A stretch of DNA of 64,000 bases from an uncultured Acidobacteriota bacterium (lineage in GTDB: Bacteria > Acidobacteriota > UBA6911), in NCBI GenBank assembly GCA_963827655.1, contig CAWHCF010000010.1, positions 160,001 through 224,000 on the forward strand. Reading direction: 5' to 3'. Shown piece by piece: positions 41,023 through 52,083 of the stretch. The translations under genes and the position numbers were made by a program. The notes beneath the pieces were generated by a model. That model saw nothing but the letters and a program-made list of their open reading frames with translations. It was not told the origin of the DNA and made no database searches. Numbering within the stretch: position 1 is the first letter of the stretch; the number at the start of each line of letters is the position of its first letter.

Positions 41023-42231
41023 TTAGATTTGGTCCTTCAGCAGGTGCAGGAAGGTTCCGACATCGGTAACGATGCCCACAGTCTGAGAGGAGCCTCGATC
41101 GGAGAGCTTCGTCACCACGGCGGGGTTGATGTCGATGCAGATCGTCCGCACCCACGAGGGGATCATGTTGCCCGCGCCAATCCCGTGCAGCATCGTCCCC
41201 AGGATCATGATCAACTCGGCGTCCTTGAGCAGCTCGGCGTAGCGCGCTTGCGCTTCGATCATGTCGCAGATCGTCTCGGGCAGGGGGCCGTCATCTCGGA
41301 TGCTGCCGGCGAGCGCGAAGGGGATGCGATTCTTTATCAACTGGTACATGATGCCGGATTGGAGCGCGCCGGCCCCAACCGCCTGCTCGATTCCGCCGAA
41401 ATTATTGATGAGATTGATGGCGCGCATGTGGTTTCGATGTCCTTCGTGCGCCGGCATCCCCGTCTCCAAATGAACCCCGAGCGACGTCTTGTATAGCGCA
41501 TATTCGATATCATGGATGGCGATCGCATTCCCGCCGAGAAACGCCTGGATATAGCCGGCCTCAATCATCTTGGCCAACCCTTCCACTCCTCCGGTGTGCA
41601 CCACCACAGGTCCCGCGACCACCACGATCTTGCCGCCGGCGTCATGGGTGTGCCGGAGCATCTCGGCCAGCTGGCGCACAACCACTTCCACTCGGCGCTC
41701 GGAAGAGATCTCGCTGGCCATGAAGGTGAAGTCCTTCCGATCGCGATCCTTGTACTCCCGAACCACCTTGATTCCCGCATGGCCGCACACGACCGGGTCG
41801 CCCGTACGGATGTCGCGCAGCTTGACGCATCTCGGACCCTCGGAATCGATGCGGATAACCGCATCCATGCGCTGGTCGGCTACGAGCGTCCAGTTTCCTT
41901 CGTGGCGGACAAAGGTGCGAAAGTTTGTTGTGGAGTAAAAGTCGTCGGGGACCCGACCGGTTCCAAGCGCAGGGGCCAGGCGCGCGTCTTCCTCTTTGGT
42001 GAGGTAGCAGCCCAGGGGCACCAGGAGATCGAGTAACTCGCTCAGGGATTCTTGATGGGGAGACCGTATCTTTATGCGGGCTACAGACTCGTCGACATTG
42101 GTCTTGCCGACCTCGAATTTCTCGATCTTGAAGCTACACTTCTGTTCGATGATCCGATCGAGGATCTGAGACATGATCCCGGAATCGATCAGGTGTCCTT
42201 TGGCTTCAACAACCTGCTCGAAGGGAGTCAT
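41023..42231 (-). CDS. TIGR00300-family protein (LOR/SDH-related; homologous to the ornithine-cyclodeaminase part of ArgZ/AgrE)
   Basis: GHLIDS, PDDFYSTTN, F.FM..EISSER, GPVVVHTG, LAGSIRDDGPLP, KLSDRGS.Q. Confidence 0.85.
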   Translation of the reverse strand: MTPFEQVVEAKGHLIDSGIMSQILDRIIEQKCSFKIEKFEVGKTNVDESVARIKIRSPHQESLSELLDLLVPLGCYLTKEEDARLAPALGTGRVPDDFYSTTNFRTFVRHEGNWTLVADQRMDAVIRIDSEGPRCVKLRDIRTGDPVVCGHAGIKVVREYKDRDRKDFTFMASEISSERRVEVVVRQLAEMLRHTHDAGGKIVVVAGPVVVHTGGVEGLAKMIEAGYIQAFLGGNAIAIHDIEYALYKTSLGVHLETGMPAHEGHRNHMRAINLINNFGGIEQAVGAGALQSGIMYQLIKNRIPFALAGSIRDDGPLPETICDMIEAQARYAELLKDAELIMILGTMLHGIGAGNMIPSWVRTICIDINPAVVTKLSDRGSSQTVGIVTDVGTFLHLLKDQI

Positions 42232-42341
42232 GTCCCGCCTCCGGCATTAACGAAGCGCCGCCGGCTCTACGCGTCTGGGTAGTGAGTTCTATGATCGCCC
42301 TTTGCCACGAAGACGCGAAGACGCAAACGCGCCGGGGCAGT

Positions 42342-43965
42342 TTACGGCTTCATTATACTGGTGTAGTAAGTCGCGGGAGGAGAAGACGCGCCGGGATTCC
42401 TTCGCACGCGCAGAAATTTCACGACCGCGGTTTCGCCGCTTCTCAGACTCTTGATCAGATTGAAGAGGTCCTGGGCCGCGTTGATCGGCTTTCCATTAGC
42501 CGCGACGATAATGTCGGTTTCCCATCCCTGATCCGGGCTGGCGAATCCAGCCTCATCCGCGAGGCTTCCGGGTTTTACCTCCTCCACGACCGCCCCTCCG
42601 GAAATGTTGAGTTCCTGGGCAAGGCGAGCGGGAACCGTGTCGAACCGGAGCCCGATTTCTGGCTTTGGTTGTTCCTCTTTTTCCTCGAAGCTGAAGGTGC
42701 CCTTTTCGCGTTCCTGATCCTCTAGCTTTCGCTCGGCAACCGCCACTTCAAGCTCCTTCTCGACTCCATAGCGAACAACTTTCACTTTCGCCTTGCGACC
42801 CGGCGGGCGTGTTGGCTACGGCGAGCCGCAGGTCCTGAACTGAAAGTATTTTCTTTCCGTCAAATTCGACCACAACGTCCTCTGGTTTCATGCCGGCCTG
42901 CGCCGCAGGACCGCGGTCCACTACCTTTCCGCTATCATCGCTGAGTCCCGTGATCAGGACACCGGACTCTTGCTTGACGCCGAAGAACTGGGCCATCGCC
43001 GGGGTGAACGGGAGCGTGTTCATGTTGACGCCAATGTAACCGCGGGTAACCTTTCCCTTGTTGAGAATCTGATTGTAGGCGTTGACAAAGATGTGGGACG
43101 GAACGGCGAATCCTACCCCTGCGTTGGAGCGGGTCGTGGTCTGGATGAACGTATTGATTCCCACGACCTCTCCCTTCATGTTCACCAGCGGCCCGCCGCT
43201 ATTGCCCGGGTTAATGGCAGCATCGGTCTGCAGGTAATCGTTAAAGAGCATCGCCATCGACGCGGTCGAGGGATCGGGAAAAACCCGCCCGGTGGCCGAG
43301 ATAATGCCCGCAGTCACAGTCTGCTCCAGACCGAAAGGACTTCCGATCGCAAGCACCCAGTCGCCGACTTTAAGGGATTTGGCGTCTCCTATCTTGGCGT
43401 AGGAAAATTCCCTTGCCCCCTCGATCTTGATTACGGCGATATCCGAAAGCGAGTCGGCGGCAATAATCTGAGCCGTGTACTGCTGTCCCTCCTTGAGGCC
43501 GACCTTGATTTTCGTGGCGCCTTCGACAACGTGGCTGTTGGTAATGATGTAACCCTTAGGGTCCACGATGATGCCGGACCCAAGGCTCTGGCGGGTATAG
43601 TTGTCGGGAAGGTTTGGATTATTGAAGAACTTGCGGAAGAAATCCTCCATCGGGTCCTCGCGCTCCGGCGTTTCTCGGCGCTTCGTTTGCCTGCGGACGA
43701 CGGCTTCGGTGTTTATGTTGACCACCGCCGGTTCAACGAGGTTGGCCACTTCTTCGAAAGCCTGCGAGAGAGCCAGGGCGCCCGCTCCTACGAGCGGTTT
43801 GCCGTCGGTCTGTACCCGAAGCTGGCTGTCGCCCGGGGCGACGGCGCCGACACGGTAGGAGATGAGTGTGCCGATGCCGATTCCCAAGGTAAGAATAAAC
43901 AACACCATGAAAAACGAGATCAGTCGCTTTCCAGGTTTCAAGTCGTGGCTGTACCGGTTACGCAT
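42342..43965 (-). CDS. Do/DegP (HtrA) serine protease with two PDZ domains, frameshifted near 42805
   Basis: SLGSG.I, ITNSHVV, DIAVIK, QTDAAINPGNSGGPL; second PDZ in ORF 42342..42785. Confidence 0.93.
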
Positions 43966-44079
43966 GCAAGATCCTCCGCTGCAAAGTTGCGCTTCAATTC
44001 TACGCGATAAAAGGCGCGGAGTTCCATCAATTTAGCTGCCGTGGGATCCTCTTGGCGTCTTCGGACCCGTGGTAAGAAG

Positions 44080-44940
44080 CTATTCGCGTCTCATCTCCGA
44101 GGTCAGAATCCCCGCCAGCACCAGGCTTCCGCCCAGCCACTCTTTCTTCGTGGGGGTCTGATCCAGTAATAGATAGGCGAACAGAACGGCGAAAATCGGT
44201 TCAAGACTGAAGATCAGCGCCGTGCGATTTGCGGTTGTCAATCGCTGAGCCCGGTTCTGTATGTAGAAACCGAGGGCTGTGGCCAGCACTCCGGTTATTA
44301 ACAAATAGATGGAGAAGAGCACATCCCAGACAAGAAAAGGAGTTTCCACGATAGGCGTCGCCACCGCCGCCACGCCCGCGCTCAGCGCTAGCTGAAGCAT
44401 AAACAACTGCCGGTAATCGCTGACGGGAGAGTACCGTCCGACGAAGAGGATGTGAAGGGCAAACGAAACGGCGCACATCAGCGTAAGGCCATCACCCGAG
44501 CTCAACTTCAGCTCGAGCCTATCGAGAGTCAGAAAGGCGAGCCCTATGGTAGCAATCAGGACACCGGCCAGCGTCTGAGGTCTTGGGCGATGCCGGAAAA
44601 GAAAGAAGCCCAGGATAGGAACCAGCAGCACGGAAAGACTGGTGATGAACGCAGACCTGGAAGGTGTGGTTCCTTGCAACCCCAGTGTCTGGAAGAAGAA
44701 TCCACCGAGAAGAAAGGCCGCCAGTGTCGAACCCCGCCGGAAGGTCTCGACGGAAATGTTCCGCAAGACCCCGGGCATGAAAGCGACCGTCACGCTGGTC
44801 GCAACCAAAAAGCGGAGCGTGATGAAAAGCATCGGCGAAACCTGAGCCAGGGTTTGCTTCACGATAGTGAAGGTGCTGCCCCATATGAGGGTAGCGAGAA
44901 TCAGGGCTAGATCTGCTTGTACGGGCCTTGGGATTCTCAT
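44080..44940 (-). CDS. EamA/DMT family transporter
   Basis: IWGSTF, SAFITSL, SLEPIFA; about 10 TM helices. Confidence 0.92.
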   Translation of the reverse strand: MRIPRPVQADLALILATLIWGSTFTIVKQTLAQVSPMLFITLRFLVATSVTVAFMPGVLRNISVETFRRGSTLAAFLLGGFFFQTLGLQGTTPSRSAFITSLSVLLVPILGFFLFRHRPRPQTLAGVLIATIGLAFLTLDRLELKLSSGDGLTLMCAVSFALHILFVGRYSPVSDYRQLFMLQLALSAGVAAVATPIVETPFLVWDVLFSIYLLITGVLATALGFYIQNRAQRLTTANRTALIFSLEPIFAVLFAYLLLDQTPTKKEWLGGSLVLAGILTSEMRRE

Positions 44941-45088
44941 GGCGACCGGGAATCTTAGCCCAACTTCGTTTGCGGAGTGCGTGAAAACAAAATCAACCAC
45001 CAGGACGCGAAGACGCAGACAAGGGATTTTTCTCTTGCTGTGCCGAAAAGGTGAAGACCGGCGCGGGGTGGTATACTCCATTCCAATA

Positions 45089-46456
45089 ATGCGCGAGCGA
45101 GTCTTTCAATATCTGGAGCAGGCGAAGAAGGCTGTTCCGTGTGACCAGATTCTTCGCGATGCGCTGAAGATCCGTTCGTTGAACGCCCTTGCTGCCGAGC
45201 GGGTTGTGGGTGGAATTCTTGCGCAGGATCCTCGATTTCAGCGGGATGCGAGAGGGTTCTGGCACATCGCCGCCCCGTTTCCTCAAGACGCGCCGACTGC
45301 CTTGTCCCACCGCGCCACTCTCTTTATTCAGTTTGCCGGCGGCCGGATCGACGATCTCTATGTTCGTGGAGCGATCCACATCTCAGAGAAAGACCGTGCC
45401 TGGGAGTTCGCTCTGGCAGGCGCGGCCACTCCGGGGATGCTGGGCGGAACTCGGGCAGAGGCCGATGGGCGAATTCTGGCAGCGTGGAATCCAGGAGATG
45501 TGAAGCGATGGAACTACTTGCTGCAGCGCTGCGCGCTCCCCGCCTGGAGTGGTGAAACGGTGTTTATCGAAGCCCTCGCCGGCAGGGTCCTCCGGCGCAC
45601 CCTGTCACCGGAAGATCTGTCGGGTCATCTGGGCGTCTCGCCGGCCGACGGGGATCGGCCTGCGGCCATGGCGCGATGTCTGGACGATTGCTTGACACAG
45701 CTGATCGAGCTTATCCCCCTCGATCATCGGCAGAACATCGCGCAGCTTCAGCAGTGGGTTGACGCCGGAACAGGGAGAATAGACTTCACCCGGTTTAGTT
45801 TTGGCCCCGACCTGCTAGCCCGAATTCCGGACTCCCCGGGTGTGTACGTCATGAAAAATCGGGCCGCTAGCGTCTTGTACGTCGGGAAAGCCCGCAACCT
45901 GAAGGGGCGTATGCGCGCCTATTTCACCCCTCGCGCGCTGAAGGACTCCAGAGTTGCGCGGATTCATCAGGGGCTCCACTCTCTGGAATTCTTTTCCACG
46001 CCCTCCGAAATTGAAGCTTTGCTCCTGGAGATGCGCTTGATACGAGAATTCCATCCGTCCATTAACATTCAAACCGAGGTTCACGAGCGCCCGCGCAGCT
46101 ACGGCAGGGAAGACAATCTTGTCGTCCTGGTACCCGAACCCGGCAGCGGGAAGGCCCAGGCCTATTTCCTATCCCAGGGCTCGTTTGTCGGCCAGCTCTC
46201 GATCAGGCTGGGCCGGGAGCCCGGAACAAGAGTGACAAAGAAGATCCAGTCGATCTACTTCGGATCTCGAGGAACAAAAAAGCTACGAAGAGAGGCCTGG
46301 GAACTCGAGCTGGTGTCCCGCTGGATTGCGGCAAACAGGAAGCGTCTCAACTGCGTGGACGTCGATGAAGCCGGCAGCTTCGACACGGTCGTTCGTCAAT
46401 TGAGCCAATACTTGAAAGATCCCGATCTGCTTTCGCGCAAGGTCTACTACCGGTAG
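45089..46456 (+). CDS. GIY-YIG nuclease (UvrC/Cho-like) with a degenerate N-terminal region
   Basis: IPDSPGVYVM..VLYVGKARNLKGRM..YF..SEIEALLLE..LI....P.IN; start ATG 45089 preferred. Confidence 0.8.
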   Translation: MRERVFQYLEQAKKAVPCDQILRDALKIRSLNALAAERVVGGILAQDPRFQRDARGFWHIAAPFPQDAPTALSHRATLFIQFAGGRIDDLYVRGAIHISEKDRAWEFALAGAATPGMLGGTRAEADGRILAAWNPGDVKRWNYLLQRCALPAWSGETVFIEALAGRVLRRTLSPEDLSGHLGVSPADGDRPAAMARCLDDCLTQLIELIPLDHRQNIAQLQQWVDAGTGRIDFTRFSFGPDLLARIPDSPGVYVMKNRAASVLYVGKARNLKGRMRAYFTPRALKDSRVARIHQGLHSLEFFSTPSEIEALLLEMRLIREFHPSINIQTEVHERPRSYGREDNLVVLVPEPGSGKAQAYFLSQGSFVGQLSIRLGREPGTRVTKKIQSIYFGSRGTKKLRREAWELELVSRWIAANRKRLNCVDVDEAGSFDTVVRQLSQYLKDPDLLSRKVYYR

Positions 46457-46459
46457 ACG

Positions 46460-46527
46460 CTTAGTGTTCCTTCGTGTCTTTGCGTCCTAGAGGTGTTGTT
46501 TCGGCTCTAACCACGAAGACACGAAGA
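46460..46527. repeat. Palindromic 8-nt-period REP-like element between convergent genes
   Basis: TTAGTGTTCCTTCGTGTCTTTGCGTCCTAGAGGTG...AACCACGAAGACACGAAGA. Confidence 0.75.
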
Positions 46528-47238
46528 TTAGGACGTTCGAGTGACTTCGAGCGAAAGGCTGGGGATTGCAATCTTGCGCAGGATCCGCTGTTTATCCACC
46601 CAAAGGTGAATGGACACCGAGCCGGAGTCGAGCAGGAGGTGATGACACTCCGTTTTCTTGCTGCCCACCACTAGCGTTTCCTTCTCCAGTTCACTCGCCT
46701 TGAGAACTCCGGTGTCGGCCGCTTGGGGAATCACGACCTCGAAGCGCTGAACGGCCTCCTGGTTGTCAAATTTGAAAAGCCTGACCAGGAAGACGAAATG
46801 GTGAAAGATATTGGTGTCGAGAATTGTATAGTCCGTTCCGACCAGCAGTCCGGTTTTCTTGGGCTTCCCTTCATGGCCATACTCGAGTATCACCTGTTTC
46901 GGGGGAAAGGTTCCGACGATCGCCCCTTTTTTTCCGTCCACGTCGCTCCGGAGACTGTAGCCCCGTGGACGAAAGTGACCGTCCATCTCGAGCTTGGATT
47001 CGAGGCGCACCCTTTGCCGTGTGTTGGCCGGATTGCGGAAATCGAGCAGGCAGGAGGAGCTGGCCGAGTCACCAGCTATAGCAACCGAGTACTTCTCGGT
47101 GCCGATTTTCTCTCCCTGGACCGAAATCTGGAAAGTTCCCTCTTCGGTTGGAGCGCTCTTTTCATCAAGACCTGCGCCGGGTCCCGCAGACAACCAGATT
47201 CCAATCAGGAGAGATGCTAACAACCGTACGTTCCGCAT
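46528..47238 (-). CDS. Exported beta-rich hypothetical protein
   Basis: Signal peptide; G.KIG.E.Y and LWVD...L.KI patterns; no firm family. Confidence 0.6.
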   Translation of the reverse strand: MRNVRLLASLLIGIWLSAGPGAGLDEKSAPTEEGTFQISVQGEKIGTEKYSVAIAGDSASSSCLLDFRNPANTRQRVRLESKLEMDGHFRPRGYSLRSDVDGKKGAIVGTFPPKQVILEYGHEGKPKKTGLLVGTDYTILDTNIFHHFVFLVRLFKFDNQEAVQRFEVVIPQAADTGVLKASELEKETLVVGSKKTECHHLLLDSGSVSIHLWVDKQRILRKIAIPSLSLEVTRTS

Positions 47239-47538
47239 CTGACTCGAGCTCCGCCAGGCTATCAGAATAGTACAACCCTACCGGGAATCGGAACAGTTAT
47301 GTCGGTGCAAAGGTCTGCGTCTTCGCGTCCGGGCGGCTTGCCGCGGCCCGGTCAGCAGCGACAGCCAGGACCGAAGGACGTGGAACACGGAGCCGGCGGT
47401 GCGGCGTTGCTTGAAATCTCGCGCAGCTCGCCTATATAATGGCTTCAGTTTTGAAGTCCCAACCGGGAAATCAGCGATTTGTTGGAGTATCCAAGTCTTG
47501 AGGCGCTGATTTCGATTGGCATTCCGGGAGTATTTCCT

Positions 47539-48636
47539 ATGTCTGCTTCAATTGCGGTGGATTCCACGAATACGATTTCGACGATTGAGAGATTGCTCGG
47601 GGACAACGCGAGACACTTGCTGGAGCACGAGTGCAAGACTATTTCAAAAGAGCAGCTCCAGGTACCAGGCCCGGACTTCATCGAGCGTGTTTGCCTGGTG
47701 AACGACCGGCCCGCGCCCGTGCTGCGAAATCTGCAGGCCCTTTTCGACCATGGAAGGTTGAGAGGCACGGGCTATCTATCGATACTTCCGGTTGATCAGG
47801 GAATCGAGCACTCAGCCGGAGCGTCGTTCGCGCCCAACCCGGTCTATTTCGACGGCGAAAACCTCGTCAAGCTGGCGATCGAGGGTGGCTGCAACGCCGT
47901 CGCGTCAACCCTCGGAGTGCTGGGCTCGGTTTGCCGGAAGTATGCTTACAGGATTCCGTTTATCCTCAAAATCAACCATAACGAATTCATCTCCTACCCC
48001 AACTCGTACGACCAGATCATGTTCGCCAACGTAAAGCAGGCGTTCGATATGGGCGCGGTAGCGGTCGGCGCCACGGTTTACTTTGGATCGGAAGAGTCGA
48101 AGCGGCAAATCCAGGAGATCACCGCAGCGTTTCATAGCGCCCACCAGTTGGGTATGGTCACAATCCTGTGGTGCTACCTCCGCAATGCGGCCTTCAACAA
48201 GACCAAGGAAGGGGGGCCCGACTACCACGTGTCGGCGGACCTGACCGGACAGGCAAACCACTTGGGTGCAACCCTCGAAGCCGATATCATCAAACAAAAG
48301 CTTCCGGAGAATAACCACGGTTACGAAGCCTTGAAATTCGGAAAGACGCACAAGAAGGTCTATTCTGATCTCACCAGCGACCATCCCATCGATATGACTC
48401 GTTATCAAGTGGTTAATTGCTATATGGGTCGCGCGGGTCTGATCAATTCCGGCGGCGCCAGCTCGGGAGAAAGTGATCTCACCGAAGCGGTCAAGACAGC
48501 TGTGATCAACAAGCGCGCGGGGGGCATGGGTTTGATTTCAGGGCGCAAGGCGTTCCAGCGCTCGATGAAAGAGGGCATCGCTATTCTTAACGCGATTCAG
48601 GATGTGTACCTGAGCAAAGACGTCACAATCGCATAG
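47539..48636 (+). CDS. fbaB: Class I fructose-bisphosphate aldolase (DhnA type)
   Basis: [53 protein letters not shown]. Confidence 0.96.
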   Translation: MSASIAVDSTNTISTIERLLGDNARHLLEHECKTISKEQLQVPGPDFIERVCLVNDRPAPVLRNLQALFDHGRLRGTGYLSILPVDQGIEHSAGASFAPNPVYFDGENLVKLAIEGGCNAVASTLGVLGSVCRKYAYRIPFILKINHNEFISYPNSYDQIMFANVKQAFDMGAVAVGATVYFGSEESKRQIQEITAAFHSAHQLGMVTILWCYLRNAAFNKTKEGGPDYHVSADLTGQANHLGATLEADIIKQKLPENNHGYEALKFGKTHKKVYSDLTSDHPIDMTRYQVVNCYMGRAGLINSGGASSGESDLTEAVKTAVINKRAGGMGLISGRKAFQRSMKEGIAILNAIQDVYLSKDVTIA

Positions 48637-48774
48637 CCGGTCTCAAGGGCCGAGCTTGATTCTTCCAATCCAGGAACCCAATCGCGTCACCGCGAACTGA
48701 GATTTTTCAGCGTCTTCGTCCTTTTGTGGTGATTGCGTTAGCTTATCCGATCCGAATCTGAAGGGGGAAAAGGC

Positions 48775-49752
48775 ATGGAGCATGACCTGGGCTCGCAGTT
48801 CGTCTCCGTTGTCGAAAAAGCTGCCGTAGCCTGCGCCCATACCATGGGTACCGGGGATCGCCGCCACTCAGATCATGTCGCTACCGAAGCCATGAGGGGC
48901 GCCATGCAGACGATTGCGATGGACGGAACGATCGTCATTGGCGAGGGCGAGCGGGACGAGGCGCCGATGTTGTTTATCGGGGAGAAGGTCGGGAATAACT
49001 CGGGAAACAAGGAAATACCAGTCATCGACATTGCGGTGGACCCGCTCGAAGGAACGAATCTCTGCGCCACGGGCACAAACAACGCGATCACGGTTCTGGC
49101 TGCATCCGAGAAAGGGGGACTCCTCCATGCGCCCGATTGTTACATGCAGAAGATTATCGTGGGACCCTCGAGTCGCGGCGCAATCGATATTGATGCGCCG
49201 GCCAAAGATAACCTGAAAGCGATCGCCAAGCGCCTGGATCGGAGCGTCGACGATCTGGTGGTAATCGTGCTCGATCGACCGCGCCATGAAGAACTCATCC
49301 GAGAGATTCGCCAGGCCGGAGCGCGCATCCGTTTGATTGGCGACGGCGACCTTTCGGCAGGAATCTCGGCGGCGGTTCTGGGCACGGGCGTTCACGCAGT
49401 CATGGGGGTGGGAGGCGCGCCCGAGGGTGTCCTTGCGGCTGCGGCGCTCCGCTGTCTGAACGGAGAGATCCAGGCTCGCCTTGTGGTTGCAAAGCCGGAC
49501 CAGGAAAAGCGGCTTCGCGATATGGGCATTGACGATTTGAAGAGGGTCTACGCGACGGAAGATCTTGCTCCGGGCAGGAAAATGATTTTTGCGGCGTGCG
49601 GCGTGACCGATGGGACCTTGCTCAAAGGAGTGCGTTTCTTTGGCGGCGGCGCCCGCACCCACACTCTGATCATGACGCTCGCGTCCAGAAAGATCAGTTT
49701 TATCGATACCGTTCACCTGGAGCGACGGCCCGACTTGAAAGTCCGCTTTTAA
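48775..49752 (+). CDS. glpX: Class II fructose-1,6-bisphosphatase
   Basis: [48 protein letters not shown]. Confidence 0.97.
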   Translation: MEHDLGSQFVSVVEKAAVACAHTMGTGDRRHSDHVATEAMRGAMQTIAMDGTIVIGEGERDEAPMLFIGEKVGNNSGNKEIPVIDIAVDPLEGTNLCATGTNNAITVLAASEKGGLLHAPDCYMQKIIVGPSSRGAIDIDAPAKDNLKAIAKRLDRSVDDLVVIVLDRPRHEELIREIRQAGARIRLIGDGDLSAGISAAVLGTGVHAVMGVGGAPEGVLAAAALRCLNGEIQARLVVAKPDQEKRLRDMGIDDLKRVYATEDLAPGRKMIFAACGVTDGTLLKGVRFFGGGARTHTLIMTLASRKISFIDTVHLERRPDLKVRF

Positions 49753-49764
49753 CCGCAAGCACCA

Positions 49765-51270
49765 CTAAGACAGCACCGAAGGTGGATTTCTCCGCCCGTC
49801 CACCACCGGACGCCCGGGAAAGGTCTTGACGTCTCGTTCTTTGAATGCACGCTTCCAGGTCGCAAAACTACCGCCGCTACGCCAGGCGTCCATGGCCGCC
49901 AACCCGGCGTCTTCTCCCCCCTGGGATAGCATATGCTCGACCCATGCCCAGCGCGCTGAAGTCGGCCGGATTTCCACCTTTCCCCTGACTCCGCGTCTCA
50001 GCCGCGACAGCTTTGCCTCGATTGATGCGATAGACTCGAAAGGAACGCCGTCCAAGGGCGTATTTCGCTTGGCGACAAACGGTGACACTCCAAGGGACAC
50101 GGGGACGATTTGCGCGAGTTCCAATGAGAACCGGATCAGCTCGTCGATATCCGCCGACGTCTCTCCCGGAAGCCCGACCATTTCATAAAGCTTAAGCCGC
50201 TTGAGCTTGAACTTTCGTGCCAGCTCCGCAGCGCGAACCAGGTGTTCTTCCGCGGTCCTTCGAGACACGAAATTCCGCAGACGCTGCGAAGCCCCATCGG
50301 AGGCGGTAGTGAGAGTTTGATAACCCCCTTTGGCAAGCAATCCGACGAACTCTTCGTCCAGGCGGTCTGCCCGCAGGCTCGAGATGCCGACTTCACGCGC
50401 GCTGGCCACGAGGCTTGCCACGATTTCTTTGATCTTCGGATGATCGGTGACCGCAGCCCCCACCAGACCGACACGACGGGCATGCTCAGGAACGAACGAA
50501 AGAACATCCTCGGGCCGAACCAGTCTCATGCCCCCGTTGGTTGTGCGTCGCATAACGCAATACGTGCACCCGCGAGAGCACCCGCGTTCGGGCTCGATCA
50601 GAAACATTGATGACAGGACAGTGTTCCGAGTGACGATCTGGGAGCGAGCCGGCAGGCGTATCGCGGACGCCATGGCGATCTCCCCCAAAGCCGGCGTGCG
50701 TCCCGGCACGTAACATCCGCGCGTCCGGGCGAAGCGGGAAAGCAGCGCTTCACGATCCAGGGTCGCCGCCGCATCGAGGAAGACATGGATCAGCTCTTCC
50801 GCTTCTCCCATGATGATGAGATCGGCGAACGGAGCCAGGGGCATGGGATTCGAGTTCGTGAGCGGCCCACCGACGACCACCAGGGGATGTTGAATCCCCC
50901 GCTCGTTTCGCAGCACCGGGATTCCGCTCAAGTCCAGCATCTCCAAAACTCCAGGTATCTCCAATTCGTACGAGACTGAGAACGCCAGGATGGGGAACTC
51001 GCCAAGAGGCGTCTCACTTTCATACGTGAACACCGGAGTCCTCGAGCCGCGATAGTCATCGCCGGCATCTGGAAGAAAGGCTCGTTCGGCTGTGACATCG
51101 GGATGAAGATGTATTTCGCGATAAATGGTCTGAAAGCCCAGGGAGCTCATCCCGACCGAATAAGGACTGGGATAGCAAAGAGCGATCCGCAGGGATGCTT
51201 GCCGGCGCAGCGTGCCGTGCTCGTCAGAGACCAGCCGCCGGATTTTTTCCAGGTGTTTCCAGGTACTCAT
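49765..51270 (-). CDS. Radical SAM protein (TIGR03960-like)
   Basis: YP..Y.VGMSSLG, RGCSRGCTYC (CxxxCxxC), SSLRAD, LY.MVGLPGET. Confidence 0.88.
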   Translation of the reverse strand: MSTWKHLEKIRRLVSDEHGTLRRQASLRIALCYPSPYSVGMSSLGFQTIYREIHLHPDVTAERAFLPDAGDDYRGSRTPVFTYESETPLGEFPILAFSVSYELEIPGVLEMLDLSGIPVLRNERGIQHPLVVVGGPLTNSNPMPLAPFADLIIMGEAEELIHVFLDAAATLDREALLSRFARTRGCYVPGRTPALGEIAMASAIRLPARSQIVTRNTVLSSMFLIEPERGCSRGCTYCVMRRTTNGGMRLVRPEDVLSFVPEHARRVGLVGAAVTDHPKIKEIVASLVASAREVGISSLRADRLDEEFVGLLAKGGYQTLTTASDGASQRLRNFVSRRTAEEHLVRAAELARKFKLKRLKLYEMVGLPGETSADIDELIRFSLELAQIVPVSLGVSPFVAKRNTPLDGVPFESIASIEAKLSRLRRGVRGKVEIRPTSARWAWVEHMLSQGGEDAGLAAMDAWRSGGSFATWKRAFKERDVKTFPGRPVVDGRRNPPSVLS

Positions 51271-51294
51271 CGGTTGATTAATGCCCCTACCGGC

Positions 51295-51942
51295 TCAAAC
51301 GCCACGCGGGATCGAAGGCCAGATGATCTTGTGCAGTTGAAGTTGCAGGCGGACCGACAGCGCCGAATCCAATACCCAGCGGGCCAGCTGCTCGTAGGGA
51401 AGCTCTCCGTAGACCGGCGAGAATAGGACCGTTCCAACTCCAGAGGTCAAGTTGTAGGCTCGGATTTTTTCGCAGGCCCAGTCGAAATCCGCTCGCGTGC
51501 CTACAACGAATTTTACTTCGTCATTATGCGTCAAATACTCGATATTGCCGTAGTCATTGTGTTCCAACATGCCGCTCGAGGGGCACTTCAGATCCATGAT
51601 CTTGTGGACGCGTGGGTCAACATCTTTTAGCGAGACGTGACCACCCGTCTCCAGCGCGACGGTGTAGCCTCGATCCAGCAGCCCTCCGAAGAGTGCGTGA
51701 ACACCCTTTTGCAGCATGGGCTCACCACCCGTGACCAGCGCAAGCCTCGTAGGATAGGGTTCGATCGCGTGAAGAATCTGGTCGACTGACATCTCCCTGC
51801 CTTCGAAGAAGGCATACTCGGTGTCGCAGTAGGTACAGCGCAGGTCGCAAGCCGTGAGACGGATGAACGCGCAGGGCCAGCCCATGAAGCTGGACTCGCC
51901 CTGAATGCTGTAAAAGATCTCGTTAACTTTCATCGCCGACAT
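51295..51942 (-). CDS. queE: 7-carboxy-7-deazaguanine synthase-like radical SAM protein
   Basis: EIFYSIQGE, FIRLTACDLRCTYCDT, TGGEP, QLQLHK. Confidence 0.88.
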   Translation of the reverse strand: MSAMKVNEIFYSIQGESSFMGWPCAFIRLTACDLRCTYCDTEYAFFEGREMSVDQILHAIEPYPTRLALVTGGEPMLQKGVHALFGGLLDRGYTVALETGGHVSLKDVDPRVHKIMDLKCPSSGMLEHNDYGNIEYLTHNDEVKFVVGTRADFDWACEKIRAYNLTSGVGTVLFSPVYGELPYEQLARWVLDSALSVRLQLQLHKIIWPSIPRGV

Positions 51943-52000
51943 AGCCTGGCTGCTGCGAAACCACTCATTTTAGCAACCACCATGGGCAGGAGACAAAAGT

Positions 52001-52082
52001 TCTTAGCGTTTCTTCGAGTCTGGTGTCTTGGAGGTGGGTTTTTGCTCTGCGGCACTAACCACGAAGACGCGAAGACACCAGG
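52001..52082. repeat. Palindromic 8-nt-period REP-like element
   Basis: TCTTAGCGTTTCTTCGAGTCTGGTGTCTTGGAGGTG...AACCACGAAGACGCGAAGACACCAGG. Confidence 0.75.
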
Positions 52083-52083
52083 C

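Noticed and set aside
44867-45088. Overlapping N-terminal extensions of the EamA and GIY-YIG ORFs
   Set aside because: Both extensions translate a REP-like repeat and promoter DNA; downstream ATGs give normal proteins.
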